NCBI RefSeq assembly: GCF_036321535.1
Contig: NC_087436.1
Coordinates: forward strand, 19,284,001-19,348,000
Origin: Camelus dromedarius
Taxonomy: Eukaryota
Reading direction: 5' to 3'
Length of the DNA stretch: 64,000 nucleotides
Made by a program: the position numbers and the translations under genes. Below the pieces are notes generated by a model. It had not been told where the DNA came from, did not search any database, and saw only the letters and a list, made by a program, of their open reading frames with translations. Shown piece by piece: positions 39,593 through 49,870 of the stretch; the first letter of the stretch is position 1, and the number at the start of each line of letters is the position of its first letter.

Positions 39593-41261
39593 GAAAAAAG
39601 CAGCATACTTTGCCAATAAAACATTAAAATCATCTTTTCAATGAAAGACAATCAAACAACACCAAAAATAAGTTAATACATTACCATAGTAAATAAACCA
39701 TCTATTAACAAAAACAAGAAACCAGGTCATATACAGAACTCAACACTTCGGAGAGCCTTAAAGGGAACAGCAATACAGCAAAATTTGTAAGAATATATCT
39801 ATATGTGCATTTTGAATGAACTATTTACAATAGATAAGGTACCAGTCATCACGTACCTAATTTTTTTTTGTTCCAAAAGAATTCTACCAAACAATGTGAA
39901 TTTACAAGCAGTGCACTGTCTTTTCTTATAGTTCAAATTAGTTTTTCTACAAACAAACCTCCAAAAGGAAAAACTGAAGGATTCTTGTAAATGTTAAAAT
40001 GTAGTCAACAAAGCAATTGAAAACTAGAAGACTGAAATACCTTGGTGAAATCTTAGAATCTGGAAAGGCAAACACCAAGTGACAAATGCACCTAAAGCTA
40101 GAAAATGATGCATCACAGTCATGCTTCCAACTGCTTGAGTTCTTCTCTTTCATTAGAGGTGTGTGTACGTGTGCCTGTGTGTGTGTGTGTAAAGGTGAGT
40201 GAGAGAGCGCGTGTGTAGCAGGGACAATGTGGGAATCCCCATTAAATATGTAACGAAGTAAACAATACTTTGGACAGTGAATCAGGTCTACACGATTAAG
40301 ACGTCCATTACTGAGTGTCGACTCACAAATCAGAACACTACCAGTAAAAACAAAGGAAAAACAATCTTCATTCAAAGTGAGAATATACAAATGGGCTAAA
40401 AGGAATACAGTGTAAGAGGAAAGCTGTAAAAATTCAGTAAACTTATCAAACATAAAAAAAAATTTAACTTCACTAGCCATACTTTACCCCCATTTTTAAG
40501 ACTAAAGAAGTTTAATTAATTAGAATGTGCACAAATTAAGTTGCTAGAGAGATAAATTAATAATTTACAGAGGGTTGTTCAGCAATAATCTAATAATAGC
40601 TTTCAAGATCAGTGAACACAGCAGGCGCAACTCCTTTCTTAAGCATTAACACTTCAGAGAAGGAAAGAGGGGGTAGGAACCACAATAAAAATATATGTAT
40701 AATATACAGTGTAAATGCAGAAAATCTGCCATCTTTTTTTAAAATTCAAAATACTTTAGAGATGTCTCTATCACATTAAGCATCAACTCTAGTTTAAAGT
40801 TTCAGTCCTGAATCAATTTCTATTTCTGAAAAATAGCTGCAAAGTGTACTTTTAAACTTGAACAAGGGTGATGTCTTTAGGAATAAAAACAAATCTTACT
40901 TGATCATTCTGGGGGCCTTTTAAAAGGCTGTCTCGTCTGCCTTCCTGCAAACAGCCAGCTCCAGACTTCCTGTGAAGAGGCCAACGTGCCTTCTCCGGGT
41001 GGGGTGGGGTCGAAAGGGACACCTTTGCTACAACTTGACAAATCCCTTCTTTTGTTTTTCTTTCCTTTGAGAAATCCTTTCACATTCTCACCGGTCTTGG
41101 GCTCAGTTGCTCGCTTGTTCGCTCGCTCTCCAATCCTCGCTTTCTCTGGATTCACATTCACTGGACTTGTTTTTGATCGCGGAAAGTGGAAAGAAAAGAG
41201 GCAGAAGAGAGAGAGAAAAAGAGGTGAGGAGGGGCCTGTCTCTGGAGAGGCCATGGGTCTC
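39555..41261 (-). other. POU4F2: Predicted POU4F2 3' UTR (~1.7 kb)
   Basis: AT/U-rich, TE-free sequence running from the stop codon to the ATTAAA cluster; the 3' end is inferred from the polyA signals. Confidence 0.7.
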
Positions 41262-42203
41262 CTAAATGCCCGCGGAATATTTCATTCTTTTCTGTTTCTG
41301 CCTCTGGTTGCAGAACCAGACGCGCACCACGTTTTTCTTAAGGTCCAGCTTCTCCGCGATGGCGGCGATCTTCTCGGAGGAGGGCCGCGGCTGGATGGCG
41401 AAGTAGGCTTCGAGCGAGCGCTTCTCCGGCGCCGCAATGGACGTGCGCTTGCGCTTCTTCTCCGCGCCGTTGAAGAGCTCCGGCTTGGTGAGCTTCTCGC
41501 GGTGAGACTTCTCAGCCTCCTCTAGCCACGCTTGCAGGATGGGTTTGAGGGCGATCATATTGTTGTGAGACAACGTGAGGGACTCGAACCTGCAGATGGT
41601 GCTCTGGCTAAGCGAGCCCACGCCGGGGATCTTGAGGTTGGCTAGCGCGGAGCCCACATCGGCCTGGGTCACCCCCAGCTTGATACGTCGCTGCTTGAAG
41701 CGCTCGGCGAATGCCTCCAGGTCCCGGGGGTCGGCGTCCACGTCGCTCATGCAGCCCATATGTGAGGGCAGCCCGTGTGCATGGGCCATGCTGAGCGCAG
41801 CTTGGTGCATGGGGTTCATGGTAGCCATGTGCGGCGCGTGAGCTGGAGTGGACACCACGGCGCCGTCGGGGCCCGCCATAGCACCCAGAGCCAGCCCGGG
41901 ACTCAGATGCTCCAGCAGCTCGCCTTCAAGCGCCTGATGCGGCTGATGGTGGTGATGGTGGTGGTGATGGTGGTGGTGGTGCGTGCTTGCCAGCGCAGAC
42001 GGGTGCGAGATGGGCACCGACGAAGAGGAGGCAGCCGACGTACACGGGATGGTATTCATGGTGTGGTAAGTGGCGTCCGGCTTGAAGGGGCTGTGGTGGG
42101 GCGGGTGATGGTGGTGGCTCTTGCTCTGGGAGACGATATCCACCGCCGCCAGAGCCTCGGCGCGGGCCAGCAGACTCTCATCCAGCCCGCCGAATATATT
42201 GCT
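41262..42203 (-). CDS. POU4F2: POU4F2 coding exon 2 (313 aa + stop): rest of POU-IV box, His12 tract, POU-specific domain and POU homeodomain
   Basis: Acceptor TTGCAG|AGC at 42204/42203. Encodes SNIFGGLDESLLARAEALAAVDI, H12 (41946-41981), DPRDLEAFAERFKQRRIKLGVTQADVG...SQSTICRFESLTLS and KKRKRTSI...VVRVWFCNQRQKQKRMKYSAGI*. Spliced product is 408 aa; the His tract and KYSAGI end distinguish it from POU4F1/POU4F3. Confidence 0.98.
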   Translation of the reverse strand, partial: SNIFGGLDESLLARAEALAAVDIVSQSKSHHHHPPHHSPFKPDATYHTMNTIPCTSAASSSSVPISHPSALASTHHHHHHHHHHHHQPHQALEGELLEHLSPGLALGAMAGPDGAVVSTPAHAPHMATMNPMHQAALSMAHAHGLPSHMGCMSDVDADPRDLEAFAERFKQRRIKLGVTQADVGSALANLKIPGVGSLSQSTICRFESLTLSHNNMIALKPILQAWLEEAEKSHREKLTKPELFNGAEKKRKRTSIAAPEKRSLEAYFAIQPRPSSEKIAAIAEKLDLKKNVVRVWFCNQRQKQKRMKYSAGI

Positions 42204-42230
42204 CTGCAATTGCAAGTAAAAGGCACACAT
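41262..42230 (-). CDS. POU4F2: Putative short isoform Brn-3b(s), 322 aa, initiated inside intron 1
   Basis: In-frame ATG at 42230, 9 codons upstream of the acceptor, giving MCAFYLQLQ-SNIFGG. This matches my recollection of the unique N-terminus of the known short Brn-3b isoform. Confidence 0.7.
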   Translation of the reverse strand: MCAFYLQLQSNIFGGLDESLLARAEALAAVDIVSQSKSHHHHPPHHSPFKPDATYHTMNTIPCTSAASSSSVPISHPSALASTHHHHHHHHHHHHQPHQALEGELLEHLSPGLALGAMAGPDGAVVSTPAHAPHMATMNPMHQAALSMAHAHGLPSHMGCMSDVDADPRDLEAFAERFKQRRIKLGVTQADVGSALANLKIPGVGSLSQSTICRFESLTLSHNNMIALKPILQAWLEEAEKSHREKLTKPELFNGAEKKRKRTSIAAPEKRSLEAYFAIQPRPSSEKIAAIAEKLDLKKNVVRVWFCNQRQKQKRMKYSAGI

Positions 42231-42326
42231 TACTCTCAGCAGGGAATTGTGCGCACTCTCTCCGGAAGCAACGGCCCAGCGCTCCACACCGCCGCCGCGC
42301 CTACAACATTCCCAGAACGTTAAAAT

Positions 42327-42358
<32 letters not shown>

Positions 42359-42649
42359 ATCCTGAAACTAGCAGGTGAGGAGGAGAGGAGCCACGGAGAG
42401 AAGCCAAGAGATCACGAGGAGGAGGAAAGTGAACCTGCAAACACAACACAACGTAACACGCGCACAGGCAACATTCCAGGTCATAAAAATTAATATGAAA
42501 GGAAAGACCCGCTGAATACATAAGAGAGAGAGAGGAAAACTGGTTGGAGGTGTGGGGTGATTTGCTGTGCAGACATGAAAAAAACATCAAGCAGATAAAG
42601 GGGGCTGTCAAAATGTGCCTTTAAGCGGTGATTATGCAGAAATACGCAC
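42204..42649 (-). other. POU4F2: POU4F2 intron 1 (446 nt, GT-AG)
   Basis: GT at 42649 and CAG ending at 42204; splicing joins LPTPP to SNIFGG in frame. Confidence 0.95.
42323..42360. repeat. (AAT)n microsatellite in the POU4F2 intron
   Basis: Direct reading; one interruption (aattaat). Confidence 0.95.
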
Positions 42650-42934
42650 CGGTGGGGTTGGAAGACACGCTCGCCGCATCGCCTCGGAGCCCCCGCCACT
42701 GCCGCCGCTGCTGCCGCTGCTACTGGAGCTGCTGCTCCGGCCTCCACCGCCCCCGCCACTGCCACCACCGCCGCCAGCATTGCTCGAGCTGCTAGGAGAA
42801 CTAGCGGAGGGCGCCGCGGGTGCAGAGGACCCGGGCGAGGCGCTGTGCAGTGCCGAGTACTTGGGCTCCACGTGCAGGCTGCCGCCGTGAGGCATGCTGA
42901 ACGCCTGCTTGCTGTTCAGGGACATCATCATCAT
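42650..42934 (-). CDS. POU4F2: POU4F2 (Brn-3b) coding exon 1, long isoform, 95 codons
   Basis: Translates MMMMSLNSKQAFSMPHGGSLHVEPKYS...Gly/Ser tract...EAMRRACLPTPP, the Brn-3b N-terminus and the start of the POU-IV box. First ATG at 42934; phase-0 donor CCG|GTGCGT with GT at 42649-42648. Confidence 0.97.
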
Positions 42935-43169
42935 CTTCCCCTCCGGCCCGGGCGTTTGTCCGTAGCGCACTCACTGGCCCCGGCGGCCGGGACCCTCCCG
43001 AGAAGTGCTGGGCGAGAGCGAGAGCGGGGAAGGGAGATGCAAAGTTGCGCTCACTCGCCGCTGCTCCAAGCTCTTCGCGCCTTGCCGCGACTACGCGCTC
43101 CTGCGCTGGCTCCGCGGTCAATCTGAGCGGATGCTGGGCTCCGCTTGCCGCTGGTTGCAGACCTGGGCG

Positions 43170-43300
43170 CCCGAAACTGCCCCCGCGCTTCGCGGCCTCG
43201 GAGTTATACTCCCCTCTCCCCACGCCTGCCCCCGCACCCCCCGCCCTCCCTCCCTCTCGCGCGCCTCCGCCCTCCCCTGCCAGGAAGCGCCGGTTTCTCC
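43170..43300 (-). promoter_or_regulatory. POU4F2 core promoter: TATA-like TATAAC (43208-43203), Inr-like GCAGTTT with predicted TSS ~43178, GC-box-like tracts upstream
   Basis: TATAAC begins exactly 30 nt upstream of the A in CAGTTT. G-rich Sp/KLF-like tracts lie at 43210-43280, inside a CpG island. Confidence 0.65.
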
Positions 43301-44291
43301 TCCTCGGATTCTAGCGTCCCCCAGCTCCCAGGTTGCCTCCTCCAGGCTTTGGTCCTTTCTGCTCTCCTGACACCCGCCTCCCGCTCCCCCGCCGCGCCCT
43401 CCACACCCCGCTTCCTACCCCCGACCGCGCTCGGATGGCGCCTCCCCTACCCGGCGGGCCGCAGCTCTCACTTACAGTTGCGCCCCTACTCAACCCCACC
43501 CTACTGGCCAGGTCTGTACTCCAGTCGCGGGGCAGTTCCTACCTAAGAGCCGCCCTCCAGCCCCTCCTGCTTCTTCCGCCGCGACTCTGCCTCGCCGGCA
43601 AAAGAAACTCCTAAATAAAGTTGCGGGCCAGGGAAGCCTCGGGTGAGGTTTTCCCACTACAAGGAACGCCTCTTACCTGGCTGCCTCCCCCGCCTCTTGC
43701 TTACCGCTAAGTTCCAGGCCTCCGCCCCCAACTCAGCCTGCCCCTCCCTGCAGCTCAGGTGACCCTGATCCCTGGCTCGCGACCACAGTGGAGGAAGCGG
43801 ACGCTGCCGCCGATCAGGATCCTCCCCGCTGCCCTGCGCTTCCGCCTGGTACGCGTAGCGGTACGCGCTCGGCTCTGCGACCCTTCGCCCGGCGGGTGCC
43901 TGGAGCCGAAGAGACCTAGGGTCCACAGGGCTGCAGGGCTTTCTCTCACTCGTTTTCTCACAGCTCTCAGCGGATTGGACAGCCTTGGAGCCGGCTTCGG
44001 TCGCCTATGCGCATGCGACTCCTCCCCCCCTTCCCAGGCCCCCTTGTACTCCCCCAACGCCACCACCGACATACACTCCTCTCCACCCTCTTTTCTCTTC
44101 CTCCGGATCTTCCTCCTCCCTCCTGTCTCCAGTTCAGTGTGAGTTGGGTCTTGGGCGGATCCACTGGTAAACCTTGCCACTGGATTTATTATTCTTCATT
44201 AGCCACAATCAAAGGAGGAAGGGGCAATTGACGGAGAGGCAGGGCCAGAGATCACACAGCGCATGTGCTGCAGAACATCCCCCTCACCCCA

Positions 44292-44506
44292 ACACACACA
44301 CACAGACACACACACACACACGCCCTCAGGGGCTGGCACAAGCCCCACTTATCTTCATTTCCAGCCACTCGGTGAAGAGACAGCCTATTTTTAGCCAACA
44401 CTTCGCTAGCACTTTTGTCCCAGTGCGGACCACTTTTCTTAGAAGTGGGCACACAGTCTTAGTTCCAGTTGTAAAAGAAGTAGACAACCTCTCCCACACA
44501 CAGACG

Positions 44507-44537
<31 letters not shown>
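44292..44537. repeat. (CA)n at ~44292-44321 and (CG)n(CA)n at 44504-44537
   Basis: Direct reading. Confidence 0.95.
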
Positions 44538-44538
<1 letters not shown>

Positions 44539-44987
44539 CCCAGCCTTCCTCTCCTCTCCGCTCCGGTCTTCTCTCTACTTCCTTCGGTGTTGGGGGCTGC
44601 TGTCACCTCCCCAGAGCTTGGAAGGAGCGGGGTGCAGGCGAGGGTGAGAAAGCCCTGAGACCCGTACGCTGGAGCCCGCCGGTGGCCCGACCAGGATGGG
44701 GGTGGCTGGGAGCAGGTGCAGGCACACGGTGCCTGGGGAAGGCGAGCAGGTGCAAGAGCAGGAGGCAGGCCTGAGAGGCGCTGGCGCGCGCTGGGGACAA
44801 AACAGAGTGGGAAGGAGCGTGGCGAAGGGGGGCCCTAGAGTGGTCAGCGCCTGGAAGCCCCCCCGGAGGCTGCAAGTAGAGGGCCGCCTGTTCGCCCATG
44901 ACCCCCGCGGGGCGGGAGGGCAGGTTCAAGTCGGGAGCACGGTCCTCGGGAGTTGCCAGAGTACTAGGAAGGCTGCAGCAAACGGCG

Positions 44988-45008
44988 GGCTCTGTCCGTG
45001 GTGCTTAA
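44988..45008 (-). promoter_or_regulatory. RE1/NRSE (REST-binding site), upstream of POU4F2
   Basis: Plus strand GGCTCTGTCCGTGGTGCTTAA versus reverse consensus GGCGCTGTCCGTGGTGCTGAA: 19/21 with canonical spacing. Confidence 0.75.
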
Positions 45009-48000
45009 ACCCCTTGCGCTTTCTTGCGTATTCACTCCTGGGCTTGCCTTTCTCCTCCCCTAAGTGGAGGAAAATAATAAATAGTAGCCAAGGGGGGATT
45101 CCTACCAGCAGTGTTCCGGAGCAGGAGCTCGGAGAATCCTGAACAAGGGACTGGAGAGGGGGTGTTGACATGAATGAACGTGGCTTGTGCTGGATGGTTC
45201 AAGTAAATGCTTAGGTGTTTAATTTCTACCTCAGCAACAGCCAGGGTAATTTTCAAAGAAATAAAAAAAATTGACATTGTACAGCTCTCACTGTCTCAAG
45301 CTTCGAGAAATGAAATAAATCAAAGTTAAAGGCTTGAGTATCATTTAATTATAGTGCGACTAGCGCTTTGAAAGAAGTAGAACAACATCTCTAAACAAAT
45401 TATGACTGGGCCAGGAAGGAATTATTAGATTGAAATTTCATTTAGGCTCGGGAGACACCGCGCTTCACTGTGTAATCTGCTATGCCTCATCTGATTTGTA
45501 TGCTTAATTCAGCTTGACGAATTTATTAGTTTTCATAATAGTGAAAAAATGGAGCAGCACTATGAGCTAATGCATTGTGTGTACTATAAATTGTATGTCA
45601 TCGTGGAAAGGCTGAAGTCTATAGAAATCTTTTATTAATGCCGGCATAGGAGGGAGGATTTTCGCGCAAGCCTTGGAGAGTTTCACGCCAAACCCCACTG
45701 TTGCTGGGTCTCGCTGGTCCGTTAACATATCGTCATACTAATTAGACTACTTCATCAGTGATACAATTTCAAACTTCAAATTATGTTCTAATTAACCAGG
45801 GTTGTCCAATTTGCTTAAGCTTCAAAAGGCTTTGGACGGTCTAATTAGTATAAGCTGTTGAGCATCTCTAAAGCCTAATAAAATCTGTTAAAATATTTTG
45901 GATATATATTCTCAGTACTGTGTAAGGACCAAAGAGCTAAAAGTGAGAGTGGAGGAGGAAAATAACTGGAAGACAAATGTCTGCATCCACCTAGTTGCCC
46001 CAGATTATAGTGCTAAGTGAACCACGGGAGAAACTTGTGGGTATTGCACCTCCTAAAGAGTGTGTTTATGTGTTTAAATAAAGGCATAAGAATATCAAGG
46101 AGAGAAAAAACCACAAGGGGAAAAAAATTCTTCTCTTTCATTAGGTGCCTAATTAGATGTAAAGCGAAAAGCAACCCTGAGGAGTTTCTCAAGCATTATT
46201 GTGGCATCCGTCTGCTGAACTTGGATTGCAAAATCAAGTATTTGGGGGGGGTGTTTTGAACCTCTCCCTGTCCCCTCCCCCTTCATTGAGCTTAATTACT
46301 TGCAATAGTTGTTTTAATGTATGTTGTCACCTGGGAGTATTGAGAAATGCATATCGTTAATATGAATTAATCTTGATTTTAATAGCAACTGACAACTGAT
46401 CTCCAAAATGCTAAACACTTATCACCACTTCATATGGTAAATAAGGTAGTATAATAAATTCATGAAATAAAGAGGGCATTGTGAAAATGACTGGACAAAG
46501 TTTGTTTGATATGGAATTCAGTGACTAAAACTGTTTTAAGCAAGACAGCTCCCAAGAGAATATTTTCCTGATGAGTAAAATCCGTATATCATTAAATTAA
46601 TATAACTTTAAAAGATCTTCTAGATATCTATCAGTGTTATCTCTAATTTTAGGGAGGAAAAAAGGGAAGCCCTTTATTCTAATTATCAAGGTGAGATAAA
46701 TTAATTTGCAGTTGTAGAGCAATTCGAGTTTATCTGTATTCACTTCTCAGAAAACACAGACAAAAAAAAAAAAAAGGTTACAGTTAGATTTTCCCTTTTC
46801 TCACTCCTAGTGAAAAATCAACAGCAGTGATTGTGTTGTATTAGAGAGAAAATGCAGTTCTTCTTCCTTCATCACCATGACCTGCAGTCTTACAATCTCT
46901 ACTAACAGAAGTGTTCAGAATACCAACATCTTTGCGATGATATCAATAAAACCCATTTCGGTTTTGCCCACAGGCAATGAAGAACTCCGCAAGTGTGGAA
47001 GCTGCTCTCTGAGGAAGTAAGTCTCCAGCCCCCCAGAATAGCAGAAACCATCTAAACAACTGGAAAGTTGGGAATAAACCCAAAGGATGGCAGTGAATGG
47101 ATCCACACTGGAAATCTGCTTCACATGATCTCAATACACACTTTTATGCCCAAGCACCTGTACGCGCCGGCGCCTCTGCCCACCTTCAGACCTACCTAAG
47201 AAACTGAAAGCAGGGAAGTGATTTGGTTTTTTGTTTGTTTGTTTTTAAGCAGAGAAGTGGAAAATGAATCAACTGTGTGACTACACAAGGAGCGCCTTTC
47301 TTCTCTCCAGGCCTCTTTGTTTGACAATAGCTTCTGTCCCAACTGCTGCCAGATGTGCATAGATGTGACCAGCTTCCCTTCAGGCCCACGAAGAATCGCT
47401 TGAAGTTCCACCTAAGCTCCCCGACAGTGGGGTCCCTGCAGTAGGCGCCCCCCACCCCGAAATCAGCCCGCAGCCATCCCGAGGGGAGTAATCACTGTCT
47501 CCTCCCCTGTATCTGGGACCTAATTTACTATTAAAATTTTAAGCAGTGCATTCATATTTTACTGGACCTAATGTGTTTTATTAAATTTTAATCCATTAAG
47601 GGCAGTATGATTTTTCTGTATTTCAAACAGAATTGAGTTGGATTATAGGAAGATTTCTTAAAGGACAGATCTGGCCCTATCCATACACCATGTCGATCTC
47701 GGATAGACAGGGCTTGAGGGAGGAAAGAGGGAAAGCATGGGTTCTCCCTCATCCCATCTCCTCAAGGTCAATCCACTCTGGATTCTGAATAAAGTCAGAC
47801 CCTCTGAGCTCTCTCTGCACTCTGTAGCTTGGGGCAGAAGGATATGGGGTGATTAAACTCCTCCCTGGCCTTGGCTGTTTCAAGGAAGAAAATAGGAGGG
47901 AATTTTCCCTGAAATTAAGACCTCTGGGAATGTCCAGAGAGCTGGTCACAGAGCGGAATGCTGGTCAGGAAGGCTTTCCTGGGTTTCTCACGTCCTGGGG

Positions 48001-48369
48001 CTAAGTTTGAGGAGTATGGGTGCATTTTGCTCAAACATCTTTCCTCTTCCGAGCAAGTCCACGACTGCTCTTGCTTTTGTCTCTTACTTTCTCTCTCCAA
48101 TGGCTCGCCGTGAGTCTCAAGTCCCCCTCGCTTAGAAATTTGAAGGAGCCCCTCTTTCGCCCAAAGATACCAGGCATCCCTCTGCCTGATGACACAGCTC
48201 GACTCGGTGCCTTCCTGGGTGACTCTCTCTCACTCTCAATGCCACGGCAAGCAGTCAGCGAGTGTCTCCGGAAACCTCTGTATCAGGCAGTTCCCAGGCC
48301 CTTCTATATTGAAATTCGGGCTTGCAAACTCCTACCCTCCCATCAAAGGGGATGAGAAACAAGTTGCTA

Positions 48370-49060
48370 TTAGCGCTCCGGAGGGCGCACTTTGAAGGCA
48401 GGGAAAGACTTGCTCCAGGGCCAGGGCCCTGTAGTCGCTGAACGAGCCAAGTGGGGCTCTCTCTAGATAATTCTGGACTGGACTGAGAACAGCGGCTGGG
48501 CAGGGGACAAGAGGCTGAGAAGAGGCACAGCAGAAAGGAAACCTTCCCCGGTGGAGGGGAGGGCGCAGAGCAGAATTTCAAATAAAGCAGATCGGGAAGA
48601 AGGGGACGCGGGACGCAGCCAGCCCCAGGCCCGCGGGATGCCCGCGAGGCTCCTAACCGCCTTTCGGATTCCTCCGAGTTGGCTGGCTGAGGCCGAGTGT
48701 GGCGAGGAACCCGCACGCGGGGACAGCTGATTGCACCCACCGTAGTCGACCAACCTTTGGAGGACACACAAATGGCGCAGAATTTAACAGAAATTAACCT
48801 CTGCAGGAGGAAAGGAGTGAGTACTCGGTATTCAACTCTGCACTACCCAGAGCGCGGGGACGTGAATTCACACATCTCAGGCACGGGCACACATCCAGAG
48901 ACACACTCGCACGCCCACGCACCCAGATACACACGTGCTAACACGCACACTCACACAAGCTCGCACCTGCTTCTCCCCTCCCCCTCTGGCTCGCCACTTT
49001 GGCGGGCAGAGGAGGGGGAGAGGAGGGAGACCTCCGAGTTCCGCCCGCAGGCAAGCACCC
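48370..49060. promoter_or_regulatory. CpG island ~5.5 kb upstream of POU4F2
   Basis: GC- and CpG-rich block, densest at 48590-48780. Confidence 0.65.
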
Positions 49061-49756
49061 CAGTGTTTACTTTCCCCAACGACACTGTTATTTTTCGTCG
49101 CAGTGAGTTTCCTTGGTCCGTGTGTTTACCTCTTCCCAAAGTTAAGTCCAGTCACGAAATCAAACTTAAAGCATTGGAACAATCAATGAAGACTTCTGCA
49201 ATCCATGGCGCCTTGCGCTTCCTGGAACTAAAATAAATGCAAGAAATCGAAACTTAATTACTTGAAAGAAATCCAGAAATCCCTCTGCATAATTTATCCA
49301 GTCATTTTTAGTAGCGTTGTGTTCGGCGCAGTGTATGTTAACTCCATACTTTTGGCTAAGATCTGGCTTCCTTCATGGATTCCTTGGGAGTAGCTGCACC
49401 TGACCTCAGCCGGAATTTTGCCGTGCCCTAGGTTCCCCCTTCCTCCCACTCCTCAGAGCTGAACTCTTCTTTTCTTTTCAGAAGTCACCAACTGTAATCG
49501 TACAAGAATCCCTGGGGCTGAGTGTTGTGTGTAGTTAAAAAATAAAAAAATCTCACCTGTTCTCTCTTCTTTTTGCTCACTGGGGCTGTACTTGAATTTG
49601 TGTGAGTTTCTAAATACTAGATCTGAAACTGGGACCCTTAGTAAATACAAGCCAGGACAATTTCTCTGAAGGAACAGTGTACCATCAAAAAGTGCCATTT
49701 GGCTGGTGATGGAAAAATTGATTAAAAGGTGGACTTTTCCCCCTTCTCTCCAGGGA

Positions 49757-49758
<2 letters not shown>

Positions 49759-49790
<32 letters not shown>

Positions 49791-49870
49791 CTCTCTCATT
49801 CTCTCTCTCTCATCTCCCCCTCCTTCTCCCCCTCCCCCCTCTTTATCTCCCTATCTTCATTATCTTCCCA
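49759..49870. repeat. (CT)n and polypyrimidine tract
   Basis: Direct reading. Confidence 0.9.

Larger units (their letters stand above)
41260..45130. promoter_or_regulatory. CpG island(s) over the POU4F2 gene body, promoter and upstream region
   Basis: High GC and dense CpG by eye, briefly interrupted in the intron and near 44.2-44.5 kb; boundaries approximate. Confidence 0.85.

Noticed and set aside
39947..40480. 177-aa ORF on the minus strand
   Set aside because: Lies within the U-rich 3' UTR, runs through a CA repeat, and resembles no protein I recognise.
41262..42611. The 449-aa single ORF taken as the POU4F2 protein
   Set aside because: Its first ~127 residues are intron sequence from a TTG start; the canonical N-terminus is in exon 1 with proper splice sites. 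Kept only as a speculative finding.
42935..42970. 12-aa N-terminal extension MRYGQTPGPEGK in the ORF track
   Set aside because: Starts at GTG directly after an in-frame TGA; best read as 5' UTR.
40986..43614. Multiple plus-strand ORFs antisense to POU4F2
   Set aside because: Expected shadow ORFs of GC-rich coding and CpG-island DNA; low complexity and no recognisable domain.
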